A stretch of DNA of 32,000 bases, taken from positions 150,001 to 182,000 of the forward strand of contig OY780959.1 of assembly GCA_963675915.1 (NCBI GenBank). The letters are read 5' to 3'. Positions 8,874 to 17,529 of this stretch are shown here, piece after piece (positions within the stretch are counted from its first letter, which is position 1; each line of letters begins with the position of its first letter). The translations under genes and the position numbers were made by a program. The notes under the pieces were generated by a model. That model had not been told where the DNA came from. It did no database searches and worked only from the letters and a program-made list of their open reading frames with translations. Source of the stretch: Coprobacillaceae bacterium. GTDB taxonomy: Bacteria > Bacillota_I > Bacilli_A > Erysipelotrichales > Coprobacillaceae.

Positions 8874-10259
8874 ATGTTAAATCATACACCAAAGAAAATA
8901 ATGGAAAAAAGACACATTACTATCAACCCTTGTAAAACATGTGAACCGGTAGGGGCGATGTTTGCAGCATTAGGGGTGGAAAATTGTATGCCTCACAGCC
9001 ATGGATCTCAAGGTTGTTGTTCATACCACCGTACAGTTTTATCTCGTCATTTCAAGGAACCGGCAATGGCCACTTCTTCATCATTTACTGAAGGGGCTTC
9101 GGTATTCGGGGGAAGAAGTAACTTGAATGCTTCAGTCAGAAATATCTTTGATATTTATGATCCTGAAATCATTGCGGTTCATACAACTTGTCTGTCAGAA
9201 ACAATCGGTGATGACTTGGAAAACTACATCATGGATTTGAAAGAAGGTGGCAAGATTCCTGAGGGTAAAACAGTACTGTATGCAAGTACGCCATCTTATG
9301 AAGGTTCTCAAGTTCAAGGTTTCTCAAACATGTTGGTTGGTTTCATGAAATACATGACACCAAAAGCTGAAGAGAAAAATGGAAAAACTGCAATCTTCCC
9401 AGGATGGGTAAATCCCGGGGATGACCGTGAGTTAAAAAGAATTGCCGACATGATGGGAGTGGAATACTTATACTTCCCAGATCATGAAGGAGTATTGGAA
9501 CAGCCAATGACTGGTAAGTACGAATACTTCCCTGAAGGGGTTGGTACTCCAAGTGCTGATATCAAAGCGTTAGGTGGGGCTAATCAAGCCATTGCCATGG
9601 GATATATCGCAAGTGCTGAACCGGCGGAATATCTGGAAAAGAAATGTGATGTACCGTTCAACTTGATTCCAATGCCGGTTGGGGTTGGATTGACTGATAA
9701 GTATGTTATGGCTTTACGTGAAATCTCTCATCAGGAAGCTCCAAAAGAATTGGAAGCTGAACGTGGTAGATTAGTCGATTTGATGCTGGATGCGCATGCT
9801 TACACCAATGGTAAGAAAGTTGCCATCTACGGTGATCCGGACGTTGTTCATGGATTCACTGCATTAGCTCTTGAAATGGGAATGATCCCTAAGTACGTAA
9901 TCACAGGTACTCCAAAAAAAGCATTTGTAAAACAAATTCAGGCATTATTTGATCAATATGGAGTTGACAGTTCAGATTGTGTTATCAAATCTGATACCGA
10001 TTTATTCTATTTACACCAATTGATTAAAAATGAACCGGTTGAGCTGTTATTAGGAAGTTCATATGGTAAACAAATTGCCAAAGCGGAAGGAATTCCTCTT
10101 GTCAGAATGGGATTCCCGGTTCTGGACCGTTATGGAGATTCAATTCAAGCAACTGTCGGATACGCGGGGGCAATCCGATATGTTGAAAAAATTCTGGAAA
10201 AATTAATGGATAAATTAGACGAAGAAGTCGCAGATGAAGATTTCGAATTAGTATTATAA
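8874..10259 (+). CDS. nifK: Nitrogenase MoFe protein beta chain NifK (short N-terminus)
   Basis: Motifs include CEPVGAMFAALGVENCMPHSHGSQGCCSY, TTCLSETIGDD and STPSYEGS. At 461 aa it lacks the long N-terminal arm of proteobacterial NifK. Confidence 0.93.
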   Translation: MLNHTPKKIMEKRHITINPCKTCEPVGAMFAALGVENCMPHSHGSQGCCSYHRTVLSRHFKEPAMATSSSFTEGASVFGGRSNLNASVRNIFDIYDPEIIAVHTTCLSETIGDDLENYIMDLKEGGKIPEGKTVLYASTPSYEGSQVQGFSNMLVGFMKYMTPKAEEKNGKTAIFPGWVNPGDDRELKRIADMMGVEYLYFPDHEGVLEQPMTGKYEYFPEGVGTPSADIKALGGANQAIAMGYIASAEPAEYLEKKCDVPFNLIPMPVGVGLTDKYVMALREISHQEAPKELEAERGRLVDLMLDAHAYTNGKKVAIYGDPDVVHGFTALALEMGMIPKYVITGTPKKAFVKQIQALFDQYGVDSSDCVIKSDTDLFYLHQLIKNEPVELLLGSSYGKQIAKAEGIPLVRMGFPVLDRYGDSIQATVGYAGAIRYVEKILEKLMDKLDEEVADEDFELVL

Positions 10260-10271
10260 TCACAAATATAT

Positions 10272-10301
10272 GTAGCCGGAGAGATATACTTCTTCGGCTG
10301 C
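10272..10301 (+). other. Intercistronic stem-loop between nifK and nifE (no U-tract)
   Basis: GTAGCCGGAGAG (10272-10283) pairs with the downstream arm CTTCTTCGGCTGC, giving ~12 bp including G-U pairs and a 6-nt loop. AAATTTAT follows rather than a T-run. Confidence 0.5.
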
Positions 10302-10326
10302 AAATTTATAAAAGGAGGAATGCTCA

Positions 10327-11688
10327 ATGGCAAACACTACTAATAATTTCATTTTAGATGATCGTGAAAAGCATATTAAAACAAAACAATCAGGTGGTTG
10401 TGGCGGCGATGGAATGCAATGTGACACAAATTCTGTCTCTGGTTCAGTAAGCCAAAGAGCTTGTGTATATTGTGGGGCCAGGGTTGTCTTGAATCCGATC
10501 ACCGATGCTTATCACATTATCCATGGGCCAATTGGGTGTTCTAGTTATACATGGGATATCAGAGGAAGTTTAACTAGCGAAGAAGATATCTTTAGAAATA
10601 GTTTTTGTACCGATTTACGCGAAACCGACATTATTTTCGGTGGGGCTGACAAGTTGGAAAAAGCGATTGATGAACTTGTGGAACAACAGAGTCCCAAACT
10701 GGTCTTTGTTTACCAGACATGTATTGTCGGGGTGATCGGAGATGATGTTGAGGCTGTTTGTAAAAATGCCGAAGACAAGTATCATATTCCTGTAATTCCG
10801 GTAAAATCACCAGGATTTTCCGGAAACAAATCCACCGGTTATAAAATGGCTTGTAATGCCATCATGCAATTGCTGATGCCCTATAAGGATATCCCCAAAG
10901 TTGAGGGAGTCAACATCCTGGGAGATTACAACCTGGCTGGTGAAATGTGGATAATCAAAAATTATTTGGAAAAGATCGGGGTTCCGGTAGTCTCTTCGTT
11001 TACTGGGGATTCCAATCATGATGACATGATTGAAGCACCTGGTGCCTCTTTAAATATAGTTCAATGTGCCGGTTCATCAACCTATCTTGCCAATCGGATG
11101 GAAGAAGAGTTAGGAATACCCTATATCAAGGTGAGTTTCTTTGGAATCGAAGATACGACCAACTCTTTAATCAGGATTGCGGAAGCTTTAGGCGATGAAG
11201 AGGCGCGGATAAAAGCGATTGATTTTTGTGCCAAAGAAGGAAAGAAAGCTCAGGAAATCATCGACAAATATCGCAAGAATCTTGAAGGAAAAAGAGCGGC
11301 GATTTATGTTGGCGGGGGCTTCAAAGCCATCTCCCTGATCAAACAATTCAATGCTGTTGGAATGAAATCAGTAGTGGTTGGAACCCAAACCGGGAAAAAA
11401 GACGACTACGAAATGATTGAAAGTCTGGTTGATGAAGATACAATCATTCTTGATGATGCCAACCCGGCCGAGTTGGAAGCTTTCATGATTGAAAAAGATG
11501 CCGATATTCTGGTTGGTGGGGTCAAGGAGCGACCTTTGGCCTACAAACTGGGTGTGGCATTCTGTGATCATAACCATGAAAGAAAACACGCTTTGGCAGG
11601 ATTTGAAGGTATTTATAACTTCATTGAAGAAATCAACGATAGTATCAACAGTCCGGTATGGAAATTTATCAAGGAGGCCAATTTATGA
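10327..11688 (+). CDS. nifE: FeMo-cofactor biosynthesis scaffold NifE
   Basis: NifD-like fold with QRACVYCGARVVLNPITDAYHIIHGPIGC, QTCIVGVIGDD and NIVQCAGSSTY. RBS AAGGAGG lies 8 nt upstream. Confidence 0.9.
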   Translation: MANTTNNFILDDREKHIKTKQSGGCGGDGMQCDTNSVSGSVSQRACVYCGARVVLNPITDAYHIIHGPIGCSSYTWDIRGSLTSEEDIFRNSFCTDLRETDIIFGGADKLEKAIDELVEQQSPKLVFVYQTCIVGVIGDDVEAVCKNAEDKYHIPVIPVKSPGFSGNKSTGYKMACNAIMQLLMPYKDIPKVEGVNILGDYNLAGEMWIIKNYLEKIGVPVVSSFTGDSNHDDMIEAPGASLNIVQCAGSSTYLANRMEEELGIPYIKVSFFGIEDTTNSLIRIAEALGDEEARIKAIDFCAKEGKKAQEIIDKYRKNLEGKRAAIYVGGGFKAISLIKQFNAVGMKSVVVGTQTGKKDDYEMIESLVDEDTIILDDANPAELEAFMIEKDADILVGGVKERPLAYKLGVAFCDHNHERKHALAGFEGIYNFIEEINDSINSPVWKFIKEANL

Positions 11689-14363
11689 AAAGCGAAGTAA
11701 AATCTTTAGTAAACCTAAATGTGAATCCTTGTAAGATGTGTATGCCAATGGGGGCTACGACTGCATTGTATGGGATTAAGGAATGTATGACAATTCTTCA
11801 TGGTTCCCAGGGATGTGCCACCTATATCAGAAGACATATGGCTACTCATTTCAATGAACCGATCGATATCGCATCTTCTTCTTTGACTGAAGAAGGTACG
11901 GTATATGGAGGTCACAGGAACTTGAAAAAGGGATTGTTGAACCTGATCAGTCTCTATCATCCCAAAGTTATCGGGATCATGACAACCTGTCTGGCTGAAA
12001 CCATCGGGGAAGACATTGAAGGAATCACTGATGACTTTTATGAGGAGAATCCAGAGTACAAAGACATCACCATAATTCCGGTTCATTCACCTGGTTATTC
12101 AGGAACCCAATATGAAGGTTATATGGCCGCGCTGTGTGCCATTGCTGGAAAACTTGATATGGATTCCACGCCAAATGATAAGGTGAATGTCATCCTACCA
12201 CCTCATAGTCCGGCTGACCTGCGTTTTATCAAACAAGAGTTCGCTCGTTTTGGGATCGATGCCATCTTCCTTCCGGACAATTCAGAGAATCTTGATGGCG
12301 GTTTTGAGAAACAGTATTCAAGATTGCCTTTAGGGGGAACCGCAATTGAAGATCTCAAAAAAATGGCTGGAGCCCGACTTACCATTGAAATGACTGATGT
12401 TGATGGGATGTTGTCACCAGGTAAGATTTTGGAAGAAAAATATCAAGTGCCGTTCAAACAGATCTCCAGTCCGATCGGACTAAGAGCAATTGACGAGTTT
12501 TATCAAACCTTGAAGGAAATTTCTAGAAAAGAAGTTCCAGGTGATGTTCAGCAACAAAGAAGCCGTTATCTCGACGGAATGATTGATTCCCACAAATACA
12601 ACTCATCAGGAAGAGCGGTTATCTTCGGTGAACCCGAATTTATCATTTCAACTGTCAAGTTATGTGAAGAAAACGGAATCATGCCGGTGGTTGTGGCAAC
12701 CGGAAGCGTATTTCCAAACCTGAGCCAATATGTAAAACCAATCATGGAAGACATGGCCGGGAAATACTTCATCGATGAATATATTATTGCCGATGATGTT
12801 GATTTCAAGGAAATTGAAGAATTTGCGATCAAAACCGGAGCCAATCTGATGATTGGTAGCTCGGATGGGAGAAGAATCGAAGAACATCTTGAGATTCCGC
12901 TGGTCAGAAGAGCCTTCCCAATCCATGATCGGGTAGGAGGACAACGCCTTAGAATGTTGGGGTTTGAAGGAAGTCTGACTTACCTTGATGAAATAACCAA
13001 CGCGGTCCTGTCGAGAACTGAAACAGCGTTCCGTGAGGAAGCTTATGATAAATATTATAAAGGTTCTGTAATGGAACAAAAGAAACAAGAAAAAGCTACA
13101 ACAAATACTCTAATTGCAGCGAAAGGAGAAGCTGATATGACTGATATGACTGAGATTGAAAGAAAAACCAAAGAACATCCATGTTATACATGTGGTGAAC
13201 ATAAATATGCAAGAATCCATTTACCAGTAGCGCCTTCTTGTAATGTGCAATGTAATTATTGTGTAAGAAAGTATGACTGTGTAAATGAGAGTCGTCCGGG
13301 GGTAACTTCTACTATTCTGACTCCTGAAGAAGGATTCGAACGGTATAAAGCAGTAAAAGGAAAAATGCCTAATCTGACCGTTGTCGGGATTGCGGGACCG
13401 GGCGATGCCTGTGGTGAAAGTTTCCCTCAAGTTAAAAAGACCTTGGAATTGATTAAAGAATATGATCCGCAAGTAACTTTCTGTGTCTCTACCAACGGTT
13501 TGATGTTACCACAGCGGGTTGATGAATTAATAGAATTGGGGGTCAGCCATCTTACGGTGACCATGAATGCGGTTGATCCGGAGATTGCCGGCAAGATTTA
13601 CAAATATATCAATTACATGGGTGAGCGATATGAAGGTACTGCTGCCGGTGCGATTCTATTATCCAACCAGTTGTCAGGATTGAAAATGCTAGTGGATCGC
13701 GGAATTATCTGTAAAGTGAATATCGTTACCCTGAAGGGAATCAACGATGATCATATTCCTGCTGTTGTTCAAAAATGTAATGATATGGGAATATTCATGA
13801 CCAATATCATGCAAATGATTCCGGTCAAAGGCAGTGCTTTTGAAGACTTGCCAATGGTAAGTATGAAAGAAATCATGGAGATTCGAAAAGACTGTGAATC
13901 AATCATGAAACAAATGTATCATTGCAAACAATGTCGAGCTGATGCGGTTGGAACTTTGGACAATGATGTTTCCGTCGATCTTAAAGCCTTCTTTGAAAAA
14001 GAAAAGGCTAAAGAAAAAGCTGGAGCGGCCATTAAATTCGCAGTCGCTTCCAAAAGCGGGATTAATGTGGATTTACATTTTGGTAAAGCTGAGGAATTCT
14101 ATATATACAGCTTTGAAAACGAGGAAGTCAGATTCGTTGAAAAACGTAATATCAATAAGTTCTGCAGTGGCGAAGATGAATGTGGCGACCATGATAACAA
14201 AATCGCGAAAATTGTTTCCGCTATTGAAGACTGTAAAGTGGTTCTGGCAATGCGGATTGGTGAATCACCAAAGGTCAAACTGAGCGATAAAGGAATTCAA
14301 GCTGTTTCCACTTTCGCCAATATTGAAACTGCAATCCACGAGACTGCAACTAAATTTATCTAG
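11685..14363 (+). CDS. nifN-B: NifN-NifB fusion protein (NifN scaffold + radical-SAM NifB + C-terminal NifX-like domain)
   Basis: The start is reassigned to ATG 11685 (AAGGAGG 7 nt upstream), forming an ATGA overlap with the nifE stop. The N-terminal ~450 aa are NifK/NifN-like (CKMCMPMGAT...HGSQGCATY...TTCLAETIGED). A linker is followed by the radical-SAM motif CNVQCNYC (nt 13239-13262). The C-terminal part IKFAVASKSGINVDLHFGKAEEFYIY is a NifX/NifB-C domain. Confidence 0.9.
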   Translation: MKSEVKSLVNLNVNPCKMCMPMGATTALYGIKECMTILHGSQGCATYIRRHMATHFNEPIDIASSSLTEEGTVYGGHRNLKKGLLNLISLYHPKVIGIMTTCLAETIGEDIEGITDDFYEENPEYKDITIIPVHSPGYSGTQYEGYMAALCAIAGKLDMDSTPNDKVNVILPPHSPADLRFIKQEFARFGIDAIFLPDNSENLDGGFEKQYSRLPLGGTAIEDLKKMAGARLTIEMTDVDGMLSPGKILEEKYQVPFKQISSPIGLRAIDEFYQTLKEISRKEVPGDVQQQRSRYLDGMIDSHKYNSSGRAVIFGEPEFIISTVKLCEENGIMPVVVATGSVFPNLSQYVKPIMEDMAGKYFIDEYIIADDVDFKEIEEFAIKTGANLMIGSSDGRRIEEHLEIPLVRRAFPIHDRVGGQRLRMLGFEGSLTYLDEITNAVLSRTETAFREEAYDKYYKGSVMEQKKQEKATTNTLIAAKGEADMTDMTEIERKTKEHPCYTCGEHKYARIHLPVAPSCNVQCNYCVRKYDCVNESRPGVTSTILTPEEGFERYKAVKGKMPNLTVVGIAGPGDACGESFPQVKKTLELIKEYDPQVTFCVSTNGLMLPQRVDELIELGVSHLTVTMNAVDPEIAGKIYKYINYMGERYEGTAAGAILLSNQLSGLKMLVDRGIICKVNIVTLKGINDDHIPAVVQKCNDMGIFMTNIMQMIPVKGSAFEDLPMVSMKEIMEIRKDCESIMKQMYHCKQCRADAVGTLDNDVSVDLKAFFEKEKAKEKAGAAIKFAVASKSGINVDLHFGKAEEFYIYSFENEEVRFVEKRNINKFCSGEDECGDHDNKIAKIVSAIEDCKVVLAMRIGESPKVKLSDKGIQAVSTFANIETAIHETATKFI

Positions 14364-14389
14364 AAATTATCCATAGGGAGGAAAGAATA

Positions 14390-14698
14390 ATGATTCAACC
14401 AAAATATCATGTATTTATTTGTACAAGCGGCCGAATTAACGGGACCCAAAAAGGGTACTGTCATTCCCAAAAAAGTGTCAATCTTCTCCAGACATTCATG
14501 GAGGAAATTGAAGATCGTGATCTGAGCGGGGACGTGGTTCTCAGCAATACCGGTTGCTTTGGGATTTGTGAAAAAGGACCGATTGTAGTTGTGTATCCTG
14601 AAGGTGTTTGGTACGGAAATGTCACTGAAGCTGATGTTGAAGAAATTTTTGATGAACATTTTGAAGGTGGCAAACCAGTAGAACGACTGATGATTTAA
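14390..14698 (+). CDS. Thioredoxin-like [2Fe-2S] ferredoxin (Clostridium pasteurianum 2Fe-Fd type)
   Basis: 102 aa with Cys at positions 11, 24, 56 and 60 (HVFICTSGR..GYCHS...NTGCFGICEKGP). As I recall, this is the ligand spacing of the C. pasteurianum / Aquifex Fd4 family. Confidence 0.85.
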   Translation: MIQPKYHVFICTSGRINGTQKGYCHSQKSVNLLQTFMEEIEDRDLSGDVVLSNTGCFGICEKGPIVVVYPEGVWYGNVTEADVEEIFDEHFEGGKPVERLMI

Positions 14699-14726
14699 TC
14701 TGGAAATTATTGTGTTAGGAGGGATT

Positions 14727-15710
14727 ATGATGGGAAAGATTATTGACGCTACTTTAAGTGTTCTTGACGAGTATGATTTATCCGATTGTGATATTTACGA
14801 GTTTATCGATTTGATTCATGATCTGGGAATTGATAAAATTCAAATTTCTGCCAAGATACTTTCCAGAATCAGGGGTAGATTACCAAGGGGCATTACCTGC
14901 TATCTTGAATCCGATTTGGATGAAATGACCGTCAATGGTTACTTGGCTGATAATATTTCTCCCTTCTCTCCTTTTGACACTGTAACTGATTATCCGGAAA
15001 TTCCAGCTCAGGGATTTTGCGAAAAGGTTTTAAAACAAGCTGGCTCAATCAATAAAATGAGCCATCTAAAAGGTTTTGATAGCTTGATTCTTGAGGGAAG
15101 TGAAGGTGTTCTAAGCAGACTGCAACATAAGATATCTTATCAGGAATTAATAGTAACTCCGGGTGACAGTTATCATTGTGCCAATGCAATAGCTTATCTT
15201 TTTTTACAAAAGGATGTGTTTGGGGTGGTGACTACTCTGACGGGAATTTCAAATCATGCATCAACCGAGCAGGTTGTGATGGCCCAACGAGTGATCGCAA
15301 GTTGTGATTGTTATAACGTTGGTTTGTTTTCAAGATTGACAAACTGGTTTGAAAGGGTGACTGAAAAGAAAATACCACCGAACTTTCCGGTTCTGGGAGA
15401 AAAAATATTTCATGTGGAATCCGGAGTGCATGTTGATGGTATTATCAAGAATTCATCCAATTATGAACCATACAATCCTGATCTGGTTGGTTTGAAACGG
15501 GAAATCGTCCTGGGTAATTTATCGGGAAGAGCTTCAATTGACTATAAACTGAAAATGCTTCTCAATCAAATCCGACCGAAGAGCGATGTCGATTTGATTT
15601 TACAAAAAGTCAAACAATTATCAATTGTAAAAAAAGGGAAGTTAACTGACGAGGAATTTGTTACTGTCGTAAAGGAGTATGATAACTGTGCAAGCTATAA
15701 AAATAGTTGA
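14727..15710 (+). CDS. nifV: NifV-type homocitrate synthase paralogue with a degenerate catalytic barrel but an intact C-terminal subdomain
   Basis: HVESGVHVDGIIKNSSNYEPYNPDLVGLKREIVLGNLSGRAS matches the HEAGIHVDG..YE...PE.VG....LGKHSG region of the NifV/LeuA family. The N-terminal DTTLRDGEQ motif is replaced by IIDATLSVLDEY, and the HxH metal site by GDSYHCANA. The start is taken as ATG 14727/14730 after AGGAGGG. Confidence 0.7.
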   Translation: MMGKIIDATLSVLDEYDLSDCDIYEFIDLIHDLGIDKIQISAKILSRIRGRLPRGITCYLESDLDEMTVNGYLADNISPFSPFDTVTDYPEIPAQGFCEKVLKQAGSINKMSHLKGFDSLILEGSEGVLSRLQHKISYQELIVTPGDSYHCANAIAYLFLQKDVFGVVTTLTGISNHASTEQVVMAQRVIASCDCYNVGLFSRLTNWFERVTEKKIPPNFPVLGEKIFHVESGVHVDGIIKNSSNYEPYNPDLVGLKREIVLGNLSGRASIDYKLKMLLNQIRPKSDVDLILQKVKQLSIVKKGKLTDEEFVTVVKEYDNCASYKNS

Positions 15711-16491
15711 CTCTACTTTAAGGGACGGTCTGCAGCAGCCTGGTGTTCATTTGACTTATGAACAAAAGCTTAAAATCGCAATGCTTCTGGATAAAATGCG
15801 AATTTATGAAATAGAAATGGGTTTCTATGATTGGAATTGCGAAGAAACAGATATCTATGACACCTTGATGGGGGAAAAGAAATATTCAAAAGTATCGCTG
15901 TGGTCACGTCTGAACAAGTTTGATGTTGAAGAAACATGTCAGCGGCACCCGGATATAATCCATATTTCAATCCCGGTCAGTGAAGTCCAAATAGCAACCA
16001 AGTTGCATACTGACAAGGCCACTTTGGAAAAGCGGCTATTGGAGTGTATCGCCATTGCCAATGAGTATCAGGTTGATGTTACGCTGGGGCTCGAAGATGC
16101 TTCACGGGCTCAGTTAGAGTACTTGATTGAGATTGCCCAGTTAGCCAAAGACAACCGGGTTAAGACGATTCGGCTGGCAGATACGCTGGGGGTTTATACC
16201 CCTGATCAAGCAAAAAAAGTTGTGGAAACCATCAAAAACATAGTGGATATTCCAATCGAAATCCATGAACATAATGATTTTGGAATGGCAATCGCCAACT
16301 CGGTTGCAATGTTGCATGCGGGGGCCGACTACATTGATTGTACGCTGTCGGGTATTGGTGAGAGAACCGGAAATTGCAATCTAAAGGAGTTTGTCGAGGT
16401 CATCAACAATTACTATGATTCCGGAATTGATTTGGATATCCTTAATGAATTAGATGAATATATCAAAGAAATATTAGAAAGTAATCAGTAG
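15679..16491 (+). CDS. nifV: NifV-type homocitrate synthase, catalytic TIM-barrel subunit only (no C-terminal subdomain)
   Basis: IVDSTLRDGLQQPGV, LGLEDASRA, IRLADTLGV and IEIHEHNDFGMAIANS...TLSGIGERTGNCNLKE are canonical HMGL-like catalytic motifs. The protein ends right after the barrel. It overlaps the upstream paralogue; GTG 15688 is an alternative start. Confidence 0.85.
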   Translation: MITVQAIKIVDSTLRDGLQQPGVHLTYEQKLKIAMLLDKMRIYEIEMGFYDWNCEETDIYDTLMGEKKYSKVSLWSRLNKFDVEETCQRHPDIIHISIPVSEVQIATKLHTDKATLEKRLLECIAIANEYQVDVTLGLEDASRAQLEYLIEIAQLAKDNRVKTIRLADTLGVYTPDQAKKVVETIKNIVDIPIEIHEHNDFGMAIANSVAMLHAGADYIDCTLSGIGERTGNCNLKEFVEVINNYYDSGIDLDILNELDEYIKEILESNQ

Positions 16492-16511
16492 GAACACTTG
16501 AGAAGGGCTAT

Positions 16512-16826
16512 ATGGAATCGAATATTATAAAACTTAAACCAGGGTATATTTTAAGGGAATTAGGCGGTGAGTTTTGCCTGTTTTATGAAGTTGACAGTGA
16601 TGAAGGATCGCTTCTGGGATTACCATCGATCAATGAAACGGGAGTCTTCCTTTGGACAAGACTGGAACAGGGGGCCTGCAAAGAAGAACTGGTCAAAGCC
16701 GTAATGATTGAATGCGACCTGGATGAAGATGATGCGGAATATGAAGTGAATGAAGTTTTGGCCAAGTTGATTCATGGCAAAATTATCGAACTAAATGTAG
16801 AACCAAATAGAAAAAAAACTAGGTAG
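16512..16826 (+). CDS. PqqD-family (RiPP-recognition-element-like) small protein
   Basis: 104 aa with the PqqD pattern: KPGYILRELGGEFCLF..., then LGLPSINETGVFLWTRLEQGACKEELVKAVMIECDLDEDDAEYEVNEVLAKLIHGKIIE. It starts 20 nt after nifV with no intervening terminator. Confidence 0.6.
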   Translation: MESNIIKLKPGYILRELGGEFCLFYEVDSDEGSLLGLPSINETGVFLWTRLEQGACKEELVKAVMIECDLDEDDAEYEVNEVLAKLIHGKIIELNVEPNRKKTR

Positions 16827-16846
16827 ACAAAGGTTTCCAGGAAAAA

Positions 16847-16874
16847 TTGACGATTTGAATCTTGGTTTTATACT
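16847..16874 (+). promoter_or_regulatory. Sigma-A-like promoter ahead of the AnfO-like gene, repeat-protein gene and suf genes
   Basis: TTGACG (16847-16852), 16 nt, TATACT (16869-16874). It lies 25 nt upstream of ATG 16900, which has an AGGAGG RBS. Confidence 0.45.
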
Positions 16875-16899
16875 ATCTTAAGTTAATAGGAGGCTGACT

Positions 16900-17517
16900 A
16901 TGGAAAAAATCGCGGTATTCTTAAACGAAGATAAGCAACTGGATAATTTTTATAATTGCAATATGATAATGGTATACGAAGGGGACAACGATGACTGCTT
17001 GGTGACTGAGGAAAAATCCTTTGACAAAATCAATCCCGCGGGTGCCAGACAAATAATTGAATCAACCGGAAAAATCGCAAAATTGGTTGAAGATTGCAGT
17101 GCAATCGTGTTTGGTGAAATTGCCGGGATAGCCTATACGGTTTTTGACAAGGCCCAATTCAATATCTTCACAATTGAAGATAATTCAGTCGAAGCAATCA
17201 AATCGATTTTTGGTGATTTGTTTGAATTTGAAAAGGAACTGGCCCAAAGAAAAAAGGATCTTCTGGAATTGAAGCCCCGGGAAACCAGCGAGGGTGGGGT
17301 CTATTATTTTGATTTGGCTGCCGCGTTGAAGGAAAATCCCGATATGTCTTCAAAGAAATTGTTGAAGGAATTCTTTGATAGTGTTCCGTTCATCCAATTG
17401 CGGTTGAAGGTGGATCATCTGCCACCATGGATTGAAAATGATGAAAGATTTGATATTTCATCAAAGGACAGTGATCAAGGAAAAAAGGTTGTTATTACCA
17501 AGAAAAAATGTTACTAG
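16900..17517 (+). CDS. AnfO-like / NifX-fold-like nitrogenase accessory protein (uncharacterised)
   Basis: The N-terminal MEKIAVFLNEDKQLDNFYNCNMIMVYEGDNDDCLVTEEKSF...CSAIVFGEIAGIAYTVFDKAQFNIF follows the pattern I recall for AnfO (IAVF..G....FY..G....Y...; C...V.GE..G..Y). The assignment is from memory and not HMM-verified. The RBS is strong. Confidence 0.4.
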   Translation: MEKIAVFLNEDKQLDNFYNCNMIMVYEGDNDDCLVTEEKSFDKINPAGARQIIESTGKIAKLVEDCSAIVFGEIAGIAYTVFDKAQFNIFTIEDNSVEAIKSIFGDLFEFEKELAQRKKDLLELKPRETSEGGVYYFDLAAALKENPDMSSKKLLKEFFDSVPFIQLRLKVDHLPPWIENDERFDISSKDSDQGKKVVITKKKCY

Positions 17518-17529
17518 GAGGAAAGACCA

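Noticed and set aside
7272-10259. Alternative (V- or Fe-only) nitrogenase
   Set aside because: No delta-subunit (vnfG/anfG) gene lies between D and K (a 3-nt gap). The NifD Cys/His cofactor contexts and the adjacent modABC fit a Mo enzyme. Only the downstream AnfO-like gene hints otherwise.
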